Shown here: piece after piece, positions 16,948 through 24,686 of the stretch
Numbering within the stretch: position 1 is the stretch's first letter
How the letters are laid out: every line of letters begins with the position of its first letter
NCBI GenBank assembly: GCA_964396055.1
Contig: CAYNDV010000004.1
Coordinates: 9,284 to 73,283 of the forward strand
DNA from: an uncultured Vicinamibacterales bacterium
Lineage (GTDB): Bacteria > Acidobacteriota > Vicinamibacteria > Vicinamibacterales > JAKQTR01
Direction: 5' to 3'
DNA length: 64,000 nt
Notes under the pieces: generated by a model
The model's input: the letters and a program-made list of their open reading frames with translations, nothing else
Databases searched by the model: none
Told to the model about the DNA's origin: nothing
Translations under genes and position numbers: made by a program

Positions 16948-17603
16948 GCCGCCACCTTGATCCCTTCCACCGGCGCCGCCAGGCGGGCCCGTTCGATGGC
17001 GGCCCGCAGGCGGAAGTAATGCACGTCGCCGAATCCCGGCACCTGGCAGACATGGGCGCCCGACCGGCGGGCCGCTTCCACGCCGTGAGGCGCGTCCTCC
17101 ACGATGAGCGTCTCGGCGGGCGTGACGCCCATGCGCGCCATGGCCGCCAGGTAGATCTCCGGGTCCGGCTTCGGCCGGCTCACGTCTTCGTTGCTGGTGA
17201 GGAACTCGAAGTACTCGTCGAGGCCCGACTGGTGAATCATCAACTGCACGCTGTCGCGCACCGCGTTGGAGCACACCGCCATGCGGTAGCCCTCCTGGCG
17301 CAGGCGGCTCAGCATGTACTCCTTCTCGAAGACGGGCCGGCACTGCCGCAGGACTTCTTCGCGGGTGTAGACCTGCTTGAGTCGGTTCACCATGCCGTGA
17401 ATCGCCGAGGGCAGGCCCTTCTCGACCGTCAGCATCTCCAGCTTCTTGCGGGTTGGGAGGCCGTTGTAGGTGGACAGGTGCTCGTAGCGGGTGATCTCGA
17501 AGCCGAACAGCCGGAGCGCCCGGTTGAGCGCGTCGTAGTGCCACTCGGTGGCGTCCACGAGCACGCCGTCGAGGTCGAACAGCACACAGCTGATGTGATT
17601 CAC
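16944..17603 (-). CDS. HAD-superfamily phosphatase (beta-phosphoglucomutase-like subfamily)
   Basis: VLFDLDGVLVDA is HAD motif I (DxDG), AVCSN is motif II, and KPDPEIY...VEDAPHGVEAA covers motifs III/IV. GTG start at 17603 with a GAGGAG SD 7 nt upstream. Confidence 0.8.
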   Translation of the reverse strand: MNHISCVLFDLDGVLVDATEWHYDALNRALRLFGFEITRYEHLSTYNGLPTRKKLEMLTVEKGLPSAIHGMVNRLKQVYTREEVLRQCRPVFEKEYMLSRLRQEGYRMAVCSNAVRDSVQLMIHQSGLDEYFEFLTSNEDVSRPKPDPEIYLAAMARMGVTPAETLIVEDAPHGVEAARRSGAHVCQVPGFGDVHYFRLRAAIERARLAAPVEGIKVAA

Positions 17604-17614
17604 GATGGTGCTCC

Positions 17615-17953
17615 TCAGGCGGTGACACCCGGGCCGGCCGGGTACTTGTCTCCGATCACGCTCGGCATCTTGACGACGACCGTGGCCGCCTCGGTCAGTG
17701 CCTCGAAGTCGGTTGGTTCGCCCGGCGCGAGCAGGACGATGTCGCCCGCGGTCAGGGTCTCGCCGTTCATCCGGACCGTGCCGGCGGCAATCAGGGTCAG
17801 TTCGGTCGCCACCCGGTGGACGTGGGCGGCCTCGGCCGCGCCAGCCGCATACCGCTTGTACGCGACCTCACAGGCCGACGTCCGGATGCACGACGGCTCG
17901 AAATCGCCGACCATCCAGCCGCCAACCATGTCGGTCAACCGACACCGTGTCAT
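17615..17953 (-). CDS. Cupin-domain protein, first gene of the long minus-strand glycosylation operon
   Basis: Track ORF 17615..17989 trimmed to MTRCRLTDMVGGW (ATG at 17953, GAGGAG SD). The cupin-like core is AHVHRVATELTLIAAGTVRMNGETLTAGDIVLLAPG. Confidence 0.6.
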   Translation of the reverse strand: MTRCRLTDMVGGWMVGDFEPSCIRTSACEVAYKRYAAGAAEAAHVHRVATELTLIAAGTVRMNGETLTAGDIVLLAPGEPTDFEALTEAATVVVKMPSVIGDKYPAGPGVTA

Positions 17954-18034
17954 CGTCGCGCTCCTCGGCAACCGGGGCGAATGGCCCATTCAGGGCCGGG
18001 ACCGCGGGCCCGTGCCGGGTCCCAGGGGGCTGGC

Positions 18035-18050
18035 TGCAAATCCGGATCCA
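18035..18050 (-). promoter_or_regulatory. Candidate sigma54 (-24/-12) promoter for the cupin...sulfotransferase operon
   Basis: The minus strand reads TGGATC-CGGAT-TTGCA, with exact GG-N10-GC spacing and a perfect TTGCA. It is ~70-80 nt upstream of the cupin ATG and immediately downstream, in the minus-strand sense, of the AT-rich palindrome pair. Confidence 0.45.
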
Positions 18051-18054
18051 GCCG

Positions 18055-18118
18055 CATAAACCAATCCCGGATTGATTGATGCGCCCCGGTGAATAAATCA
18101 ATCCGGGATTGATTTGCC
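18055..18118. repeat. Pair of AT-rich ~29-bp palindromic units (locus A); the same unit as at 41044-41110
   Basis: A1 is GCATAAACCAATCCCGGATTGATTGATGC. A2 is ATAAATCAATCC-G-GGATTGATTT, a perfect 10+1+10 dyad centred at 18105. The consensus is GCATAAATCAAYCC(S)GGRTTGATTTATGC. A2 overlaps the last codons and stop (KSIPD*) of the GDPD gene. Confidence 0.85.
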
Positions 18119-18784
18119 GGCGAGTGTCGCGGCCAGTGCTGCGGGATAGTCGGTGCAGATGCCGTGGATGCCCCAGGCCAGGGCCTGGCTCCAGCGGGCC
18201 CTGGACTCGGCCAGGGACCGGCCGTGCAGGTCGGGTGAGACGAGGTGAACCAGGCGCCCGGCCCCTGTCAGCCGCTCGACATCCTCCCGTGCGGCCCATG
18301 GACCGTCGAACTCGTCGAGCCAGATGACGGAGGCCTCCGGGATGGACAGCGCCCGCTCGATGGGCTCTCCACGATCGCTGACCCGGGCCGCGAGCTGAAT
18401 CCGGGGGTGGGCCTCCCTGAACAACCGGGCGGCGCGACCAGGCTCGTCTTCCAGCAGTTCCATGTCGAACAGGAAGACCTGGCCGCTGATGCCCTCTCGG
18501 TCCAGCCAGGACACCAGTTCGGCTTCGTATCCGAGCTCCTTCACGTTGAGTGCGATGAGCGCGTCGGGATACCGACGCACCTCGGCGCAGAACGCGCCGG
18601 CGTCGAGACCGTCGCCGGGCGGCTGCGGATCGTGGGACAGATAGAAACGGCCGTCCGCGTGGCGGCGGATGTCGGTTTCGAGTCCCCAGCCAGATCCGAG
18701 CGCTTCCCGGATGGCGGGGAGGGTGTTTTCCGTGGTCCGGTCGGCGCCGGCAACATTGGCCCGGTGAGCGAGGATGCGGATCAC
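18098..18784 (-). CDS. Glycerophosphodiester phosphodiesterase (GDPD) family protein
   Basis: Track ORF 18098..19315 trimmed to the GTG at 18784 (VIRILAHRANVAGADRTTENTLPAIREALGSGWGLETDIRRHADGRFYLSHD). The HR...ENT...E-x-D pattern is typical of GDPD. The start is uncertain. Confidence 0.65.
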   Translation of the reverse strand: MIRILAHRANVAGADRTTENTLPAIREALGSGWGLETDIRRHADGRFYLSHDPQPPGDGLDAGAFCAEVRRYPDALIALNVKELGYEAELVSWLDREGISGQVFLFDMELLEDEPGRAARLFREAHPRIQLAARVSDRGEPIERALSIPEASVIWLDEFDGPWAAREDVERLTGAGRLVHLVSPDLHGRSLAESRARWSQALAWGIHGICTDYPAALAATLAGKSIPD

Positions 18785-18876
18785 GCCCGGGCGGTTGCAA
18801 GAGACGGGCCGACGCCGGCCAGCCGGACGCCTGCTGCGGGAGGCGGTGGAGGTGTAAGATCCGCGTCGAGGAGCGC

Positions 18877-19155
18877 TTGAACACCCCCTATGAACGGTTC
18901 GACCCGGCTTCGCTGATCCTGCGCGACGAACTGGCCATCGACCGCACCCTGCTGGCCAACGAGCGCACGTTCCTGGCCTACGCGCGATCGGCGGTGGCAC
19001 TGGTGCTGGCGGGGCTGACCTTCGTCCACTTCTCCGAGAGCGGCTGGTACCGTGTGGTCGGGGTGCTGTGCGTCCCGCTCGGCGTGGCCGTCCTGCTCTT
19101 CGGCACCAGGCGTTTCGTGCGCACGCGGGCGCATATCCGGAGGGTACGCAGATGA
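18877..19155 (+). CDS. DUF202 (YidH-like) small membrane protein
   Basis: LRDELAIDRTLLANERTFLAYARSAVALVLAGLTF matches the DUF202 signature (LANERTFLAW-like), followed by a second TM helix. TTG start as given by the track; the start is uncertain. Confidence 0.6.
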   Translation: MNTPYERFDPASLILRDELAIDRTLLANERTFLAYARSAVALVLAGLTFVHFSESGWYRVVGVLCVPLGVAVLLFGTRRFVRTRAHIRRVRR

Positions 19156-20288
19156 CCGTCCGTTGCCGGGCCGCCGCTGTGGGCGCACTGGCCGCAGCGG
19201 TTGCCGCAACGGGGTGGGCCCGGCAGGCGACGCCACGTTTTGTCGATCTCACGGCTGACGCCGTCCGCGTCGTCGTCGACCGCCAGCCGGGGCAGTACCT
19301 CGGACATCCCACCACCGTGCTGCTCGAAGACGGCCGGACGATCGTGGCCGTCTACCCGCAGGGCCACGGCCAGGGCGGCATCGTCCTCAAGCGCAGCGGC
19401 GATGGAGGCGTGACGTGGTCCGGGCGGCAGCCCGTGCCCGCCAGTTGGGCGACCTCGAAGGAGACCCCGACGATTCACCGCGTGGTCGACGGGGCAGGGA
19501 CGAAGCGGCTGATCGTGTTCTCGGGGCTCTACCCGGTTCGTTCGTCGCTGTCGGCCGACGACGGCCGCACGTGGACCAACCTGACACCCATCGGCGAGTT
19601 CGGCGGCATCGTGGCGATGAGCAGCGTCGTCACCCTGCGGTCCGGGCGCGGCCACTACCTGGCGCTCTTCCATGACGACGGGCGCTTCATTCGCGAAGGC
19701 GGTCAGCGCGCCGACCCGCCGGTTTTCACGCTGTACTCCACGCGGTCGTCGGACGGCGGGGTGACGTGGAGCGCGCCGACCGCCATCTTCTCCAGCAGCG
19801 ATGTCCACCTCTGCGAGCCGGGCGCGGTCCGATCGCCGGACGGGACGCGCCTGGCCGTGCTGCTGCGCGAGAACGCGCGCCGGCGCGAATCGCACCTCAT
19901 CACCTCGGATGACGAAGGCGCCACGTGGAGTGCCCCGCGGGAGCTGCCTGCGGCGCTCACCGGCGACCGCCACGTCGGGGCGCACGTCGGCGGCCGGATG
20001 TTCGTCACGTTCCGCGACATGGCCCGCGGGTCGCCGACCCGGGGCGACTGGGTGGCGTGGGTCGGGACCTGGGACGACCTGGTGCTCGGGCGCCCGGGAC
20101 AGTACCGCCTGCGGCTGCAGGACAACCACCACGACTGGGATTGCTGCTATCCGGGCGTCGAAGTCCTGCCGGACGACACGGTCGTGACCACGACCTACGG
20201 GTACTGGACGCCGGGCGAGCCTCCATACGTGCTCAGCCTGCGGCTGTCCCTGGCCGACGTGGACGCCCGTGCGTCCGGGCAACGTTGA
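19152..20288 (+). CDS. Secreted BNR/Asp-box repeat glycosidase (sialidase-family-like)
   Basis: Track ORF trimmed to MTVRCRAAAVGALAAAVAATGWA, a signal-peptide-like N-terminus. The ATG at 19152 forms an ATGA overlap with the DUF202 stop. There are four Asp-boxes: SGDGGVTWS, SADDGRTWT, SSDGGVTWS and SDDEGATWS. Confidence 0.7.
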   Translation: MTVRCRAAAVGALAAAVAATGWARQATPRFVDLTADAVRVVVDRQPGQYLGHPTTVLLEDGRTIVAVYPQGHGQGGIVLKRSGDGGVTWSGRQPVPASWATSKETPTIHRVVDGAGTKRLIVFSGLYPVRSSLSADDGRTWTNLTPIGEFGGIVAMSSVVTLRSGRGHYLALFHDDGRFIREGGQRADPPVFTLYSTRSSDGGVTWSAPTAIFSSSDVHLCEPGAVRSPDGTRLAVLLRENARRRESHLITSDDEGATWSAPRELPAALTGDRHVGAHVGGRMFVTFRDMARGSPTRGDWVAWVGTWDDLVLGRPGQYRLRLQDNHHDWDCCYPGVEVLPDDTVVTTTYGYWTPGEPPYVLSLRLSLADVDARASGQR

Positions 20289-20460
20289 CCCGCGGCCCCG
20301 GAGGTTCCCGGCCGACGGACCTTGCGGCCCTCGCTGTCATCCTGGAAGGTCCCGACGGCATTTCTTCGGGTCAGGAATGGGAGATCCGGTATACGCTCGC
20401 CCCGTAGCCCTCCGTCGGGGCCACCGGAGTGCGGGCCGGATCCCCGCAGGAGCGTGCCCC

Positions 20461-21408
20461 ATGCCCAGCCGCCGTTGGATGATCGTGGTGCTCGGCGTCC
20501 TGGTCGCCTGCGTGGCCGGACCCGCCGCCGCGCAGACCGAGCAGAACGTCTACGTCACCGTGATCGGCAAGTCGGGCATGCCCGTGTTCGGCCTGGGTGC
20601 GGACTTCTTTGCGATTCGCGAAGACGGCCGCGACCGCGAGGTGGTGCGGGCGGCGCCGGCGCAGGGGCCGATGCACGTGGCGTTGCTCGTCGACACGAGC
20701 AGCGCCATCGGTGCGGCCGCCGAGCCCTATCGGTCGGCAATCAACGCGTTTGTCACCCTCGTCTCGCCGGGCAACCGGATGGCGATCTACGAGTTTGGCG
20801 CCAATGCGCTCCAGATGGTGCCGTTCACCGACGACGTGATGCGGCTCAAGGAGGGCGTGGCCCGGATCGTCGCCCGGTCCGATTCCCTTCCGCGCCTGGT
20901 CGACGCCATCGACATGGCGTGCGCCGACCTCAAGGCCCAGCGGCCCGAACGTCCCGTGGTCGTGGTGGTCAGCGTGGCGGGCACCGATACGAGCGCGCGC
21001 ACGGCCGGCAACGTCATCAAGCAGTTGATCGACCTCCCGGCTGCCCTGCACATCGTGGCCGTCTCGGGCGTGCCGGGCGGGCCGTCGAGCCCGTCGCTGA
21101 CCACTTCCGCCGGCCGTGACGAGGTCGCGCGCCGCCAGCGCATCCTCCAGATGGAGGCCGCGGGCGAGGGCGACCGCGAACGGACGCGGCTGATGACGGA
21201 AGGGACGACGAAGTCCGGCGGGGCGGTGCACCGCGTCGCCAGCGTGCTCGCGGTCCAGAACGGGCTGGACCGGGTGAGCGCGGAACTGGCGGCCTGTTAC
21301 CGCGTCACGTTCACGCGCCCGTCGCCGGGCCGGATGAAGGACCTGCAGGTGGGCGTCATGCTGGATGACGTCGTCGTGCGGGCCACGGCGGCCCCGGCGT
21401 CCCGCTGA
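20461..21408 (+). CDS. Secreted von Willebrand factor A (VWA) domain protein
   Basis: Trimmed to MPSRRWMIVVLGVLVACVAGPAAAQ (signal peptide). HVALLVDTSSAI is a MIDAS-like DxSxS motif. The overall layout resembles the VWFA-related proteins common in Acidobacteria. Confidence 0.65.
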   Translation: MPSRRWMIVVLGVLVACVAGPAAAQTEQNVYVTVIGKSGMPVFGLGADFFAIREDGRDREVVRAAPAQGPMHVALLVDTSSAIGAAAEPYRSAINAFVTLVSPGNRMAIYEFGANALQMVPFTDDVMRLKEGVARIVARSDSLPRLVDAIDMACADLKAQRPERPVVVVVSVAGTDTSARTAGNVIKQLIDLPAALHIVAVSGVPGGPSSPSLTTSAGRDEVARRQRILQMEAAGEGDRERTRLMTEGTTKSGGAVHRVASVLAVQNGLDRVSAELAACYRVTFTRPSPGRMKDLQVGVMLDDVVVRATAAPASR

Positions 21409-21417
21409 CGCGGCCGG

Positions 21418-22134
21418 TCACCGGGCCAGATCGGCAGCGGCGGCGTGATCGGCCAGCAGCAGGACGGACGCGCTCCCGCAGACGACCCGTGAGACGGGCA
21501 GGGTGCCCGAGGGATCCTCCACGGCGGCACGCACCGCGTGCCGCTTCTCCCGTCCCAGCGCGAACACGATGAGGTGCGACGCCGCCGTCAGGGCCCGGAG
21601 GGTCAGGGTGACGCGGACGGCCGGTGGCTTGGGCGCATCGCGGACGACAGCCACGGTCCGCGCGTCGTCATCGAGCAGCGGGTGCCCCGGGAAGAGCGAA
21701 CACACATGGGCGTCGGGCCCGAGTCCGAGCAGGATGACGTCGAGGCCGCCGCCCGGCCCCGCGGCCCGCGCGAGGCGGTCCGCGTACGCGTCCGCGACGG
21801 CACCGAGATCGGGGCGCTCGGCCTCGATGCGGTGCACGCGATCGGCGGTTGCCGGGACGCGGTCCAGGCACACTTCGCGCGCCAGCCTGTAATTCGAGTC
21901 CTCGTGATCTGGCGGCACGGCCCGTTCGTCTCCCCAGAAGATGTCCAGGCTGCCCCACGGCAGCGCCGCAGTGGCGAGGGCGGGGCCGAGCGTGCGGAAC
22001 CCGGTGCCCCCGGTGAGGGCCATCGATGCCCGCCCGCGGGACTCCACCGCCCGTGTCAACACGGCCGCGCACCGGGCGGCCAGCAACCGGGCCAGCAGGC
22101 CCTGGTCCGCCACGATGAGGTCGGGCGATCGCAT
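21418..22134 (-). CDS. pgl: 6-phosphogluconolactonase
   Basis: [11 protein letters not shown]...[20 protein letters not shown]...[21 protein letters not shown] are classic Pgl/NagB-superfamily motifs. The gene is divergent from zwf. Confidence 0.85.
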   Translation of the reverse strand: MRSPDLIVADQGLLARLLAARCAAVLTRAVESRGRASMALTGGTGFRTLGPALATAALPWGSLDIFWGDERAVPPDHEDSNYRLAREVCLDRVPATADRVHRIEAERPDLGAVADAYADRLARAAGPGGGLDVILLGLGPDAHVCSLFPGHPLLDDDARTVAVVRDAPKPPAVRVTLTLRALTAASHLIVFALGREKRHAVRAAVEDPSGTLPVSRVVCGSASVLLLADHAAAADLAR

Positions 22135-22188
22135 GAGGCTGATAGGATAGCCCAGGTGCGCGCAGGGGCGCGCCCTGGAGCACCCGCG

Positions 22189-23547
22189 ATGAGCCCACGT
22201 CCCTCCGTGCCTTCCGACGCCCTCGTCCTGTTCGGATCGAGCGGCGACCTTGCGTCACGCAAGATCTTCCCGGCGCTCTACGCCATGGCGCGTCGAGGAC
22301 GGGTGACGTTCCCGGTGATCGGCGTCGGGCGCTCGGGCTGGTCGCTCGAGACCTTCGTGGCCAGGGCCAGGCGCAGCGTGATCGATCGGGTGGGCCAGAT
22401 CGACGAGACGGCGTTCGCCGCCCTGGCGTCGCGCCTGCAGTACGTGGACGGCGACTATCATGAGGCCGCGACCTTCGAGCGGATTCACGCGGCCCTCGGG
22501 CCGGCATCGCGGCCGGTGTTCTACCTCGCGATCCCGCCGAGCATGTTCACGGTGGTCGTGTCGCAGTTGGCGCGGGCCGGGTGCACGCGTGATGCGCGCG
22601 TGGTGGTGGAAAAGCCCTTCGGCCGCGACCTGGCCAGCGCCGAGGACCTCAACCGCACACTGCACGAGGCCTTTCCCGAGCACTCGGTGTTCCGCATCGA
22701 CCACTACCTGGGCAAGGGCCCGGTCCAGAACATCCTGTACTTCCGCTTCGCCAACGCCTTTCTCGAACCGATCTGGAACCGCCATCACGTGGCGGGGGTG
22801 CAGATCACGCTCGCCGAACAGTTCGGGATGAACGGGCGCGGCAAGTTCTACGAGGAGGTGGGCGTCGTCCGCGACATCATCCAGAACCACCTCCTGCAGC
22901 TGATCTCGTACCTGGCCATGGAGGCGCCGTCGGGCACCTACTCGGAAGCGATCCGCGACGAACAGGCGAAGGTGCTGCGGACGGTGCGCCCGCTGGACCG
23001 GGAGCACCTGGTGCTGGGGCAGTACCGCGGGTACCTGGACGAACCGGGCGTGGCGCCCGGGTCGCAGGTGCCCACCTACGCGGCCGCCCGGCTGCACATC
23101 GATTCATGGAGGTGGTCCGGCGTGCCGTTCACCGTCCGGGCGGGGAAGGGCCTGGCGGCCACCGTGAGCGAAGTCGTCGTGACGCTCCGCAATCCGCCCC
23201 AGGTCGTCTTCGCCGAAGGCCTGCCGGAGCCCTGCAACTACGTGCGGTTCCGGCTGGGTCCGGACGTGGCGATCGCCATCGGCGCGCGCGTCAAGACCGC
23301 CGGCGAGGGCACGACCGGGCACCCCGTCGAACTGGTCCTGACGCACGATCCCCGGGCGGCGGCGATGGGCGACTACGAACGCCTGCTCGGCGACGCCATG
23401 GCGGGCGATCCCCAACTCTTCGCCCGCGAGGACGTCGTCGAAGCCGCCTGGGCCGTGGTGGACCCGGTGCTGGGCGCGGGCGGCCCGCTCCACGTGTACG
23501 AGCCGGGCAGTTGGGGACCCGCCGCCGCAACCCCCTGGTTCCGTTGA
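22189..23547 (+). CDS. zwf: Glucose-6-phosphate 1-dehydrogenase
   Basis: Trimmed to [31 protein letters not shown] (GxxGDLA NADP site). RIDHYLGK is the active-site motif, and [10 protein letters not shown] is also present. Confidence 0.9.
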   Translation: MSPRPSVPSDALVLFGSSGDLASRKIFPALYAMARRGRVTFPVIGVGRSGWSLETFVARARRSVIDRVGQIDETAFAALASRLQYVDGDYHEAATFERIHAALGPASRPVFYLAIPPSMFTVVVSQLARAGCTRDARVVVEKPFGRDLASAEDLNRTLHEAFPEHSVFRIDHYLGKGPVQNILYFRFANAFLEPIWNRHHVAGVQITLAEQFGMNGRGKFYEEVGVVRDIIQNHLLQLISYLAMEAPSGTYSEAIRDEQAKVLRTVRPLDREHLVLGQYRGYLDEPGVAPGSQVPTYAAARLHIDSWRWSGVPFTVRAGKGLAATVSEVVVTLRNPPQVVFAEGLPEPCNYVRFRLGPDVAIAIGARVKTAGEGTTGHPVELVLTHDPRAAAMGDYERLLGDAMAGDPQLFAREDVVEAAWAVVDPVLGAGGPLHVYEPGSWGPAAATPWFR

Positions 23548-23550
23548 GTG

Positions 23551-23573
23551 AAAAAGGGGCCTGGCCCCTTTTT
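23551..23573. terminator. Bidirectional intrinsic terminator between convergent zwf and ppk2
   Basis: AAAAAGGGGCC-T-GGCCCCTTTTT is a perfect GC stem flanked by an A-tract and a T-tract. It sits 4 nt after the zwf stop and touches the ppk2 stop. Confidence 0.8.
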
Positions 23574-24475
23574 CATTCGGCCAGGAGCAGGCGCCGGGCG
23601 GCCCCGAGTTCTTTCTGCTGCGCCGGCGTCACCACCGGGTAGGCCAGGTCCAGCGATCCGAGCGCGTCGACCGCCGCGGCCGCGACAATCGTGCGCGTGA
23701 ACCACTTGTTGTCGGCCGGCACCACGTACCAGGGCGCTTCCTCGGAGGCGGTGGCGCGGATCATGTCCTCGTAGGCCCGCATGTAGTCCTTCCAGAACCC
23801 CCGCTCGCGGGCGTCGGCCGACGAGAACTTCCAGTTCTTCTCGGGCCGGTCCAGGCGTTCGAGGAACCGGCGCTTCTGCTCGCGTCGTGAGACGTGCAGG
23901 AAGAACTTGCGGATCAGCACGCCGTTGCGGCTGAGATACCGCTCGAAGCTCCGGATGTCCTCGTAGCGCTCGCGCCAGATCCGGCCCGACACGAGGTCCG
24001 GCGGCAGTTTCTGCTTCGCCAGAATCTCCGGGTGCACGCGCACCACGAGTACCTCTTCGTAGTACGACCGATTGAAGATGCCGATCCTGCCGCGCTCGGG
24101 CAGGTGGCGCTGACAGCGCCAGAGGAAATCGTGATCCAGTTCCTCGGCCGACGGGGCCTTGAAGGCCGCGACCTGACATCCCTGCGGGTTGACGCCCGAC
24201 ATGACGTGCTTGATGGCGCCGTCCTTGCCGGCGGCGTCCATCGCCTGGAAGATGAACAGCACCGCCCAGCGGTCCTGGGCGTACAGCATGTCCTGCAGGG
24301 CGGCGAGGGCGTCGATGCCCGTGGTCAGGGCTTCCTTCGCCCGCTCCTTGTCCTCCTGCTTGAGGTTGCCGGTGTCCGAGGGGCTGATGTCGTCCAGCCG
24401 GAACTTCCGGCCATTCGAGATGCGGTACGGGCGCGACAGCTCGCGGGCGGCCTTGACGACGTTCTTCAGTTTCAT
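23573..24475 (-). CDS. ppk2: Polyphosphate kinase 2 (PPK2) family protein
   Basis: FQAMDAAGKDGAIKHV is a Walker-A-like motif. IFNRSYYEEVLVVRVH and RERYEDIRSFERYLSRNGVLIRKFFLHVSRREQKRRFLERL are also present. The start is set at MKLKNVVKAAR (ATG 24475); the track start at 24502 is possible. Confidence 0.85.
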   Translation of the reverse strand: MKLKNVVKAARELSRPYRISNGRKFRLDDISPSDTGNLKQEDKERAKEALTTGIDALAALQDMLYAQDRWAVLFIFQAMDAAGKDGAIKHVMSGVNPQGCQVAAFKAPSAEELDHDFLWRCQRHLPERGRIGIFNRSYYEEVLVVRVHPEILAKQKLPPDLVSGRIWRERYEDIRSFERYLSRNGVLIRKFFLHVSRREQKRRFLERLDRPEKNWKFSSADARERGFWKDYMRAYEDMIRATASEEAPWYVVPADNKWFTRTIVAAAAVDALGSLDLAYPVVTPAQQKELGAARRLLLAE

Positions 24476-24492
24476 CGGCGTAGTATAGGGCC

Positions 24493-24648
24493 ATGAGTAC
24501 ATCTGCAGAAGTCGCGCGCACTGGCATCACGTTCGGGACCGCCCTCGCCATCACGATCTCGTGGAGCCTGCACAAGTCGATTTTCTGGGCGATCCTGCAC
24601 GGCCTCCTGTCGTGGTTCTACGTGCTCTACTTCGCCGTCACGCGGTGA
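24493..24648 (+). CDS. Small (51 aa) two-helix membrane protein, below the ORF-track size cut-off
   Basis: Own translation: MSTSAEVARTGITFGTALAITISWSLHKSIFWAILHGLLSWFYVLYFAVTR*. The composition is hydrophobic and non-antisense-like, and the gene is divergent from ppk2. Confidence 0.45.
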   Translation: MSTSAEVARTGITFGTALAITISWSLHKSIFWAILHGLLSWFYVLYFAVTR

Positions 24649-24686
24649 CCGGGTCCGTGGCTTGGCTGACTGACGCCTGTAAGTGA

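Noticed and set aside
18055-18118. The AT-rich palindromes at 18055-18118 and 41044-41110, considered as MITE or IS remnants.
   Set aside because: No transposase or integrase gene lies in the window and no target-site duplications are visible. The units are only ~29 bp and internally palindromic rather than carrying terminal inverted repeats around a core. REP-like origin cannot be excluded and is kept as an alternative in the findings.
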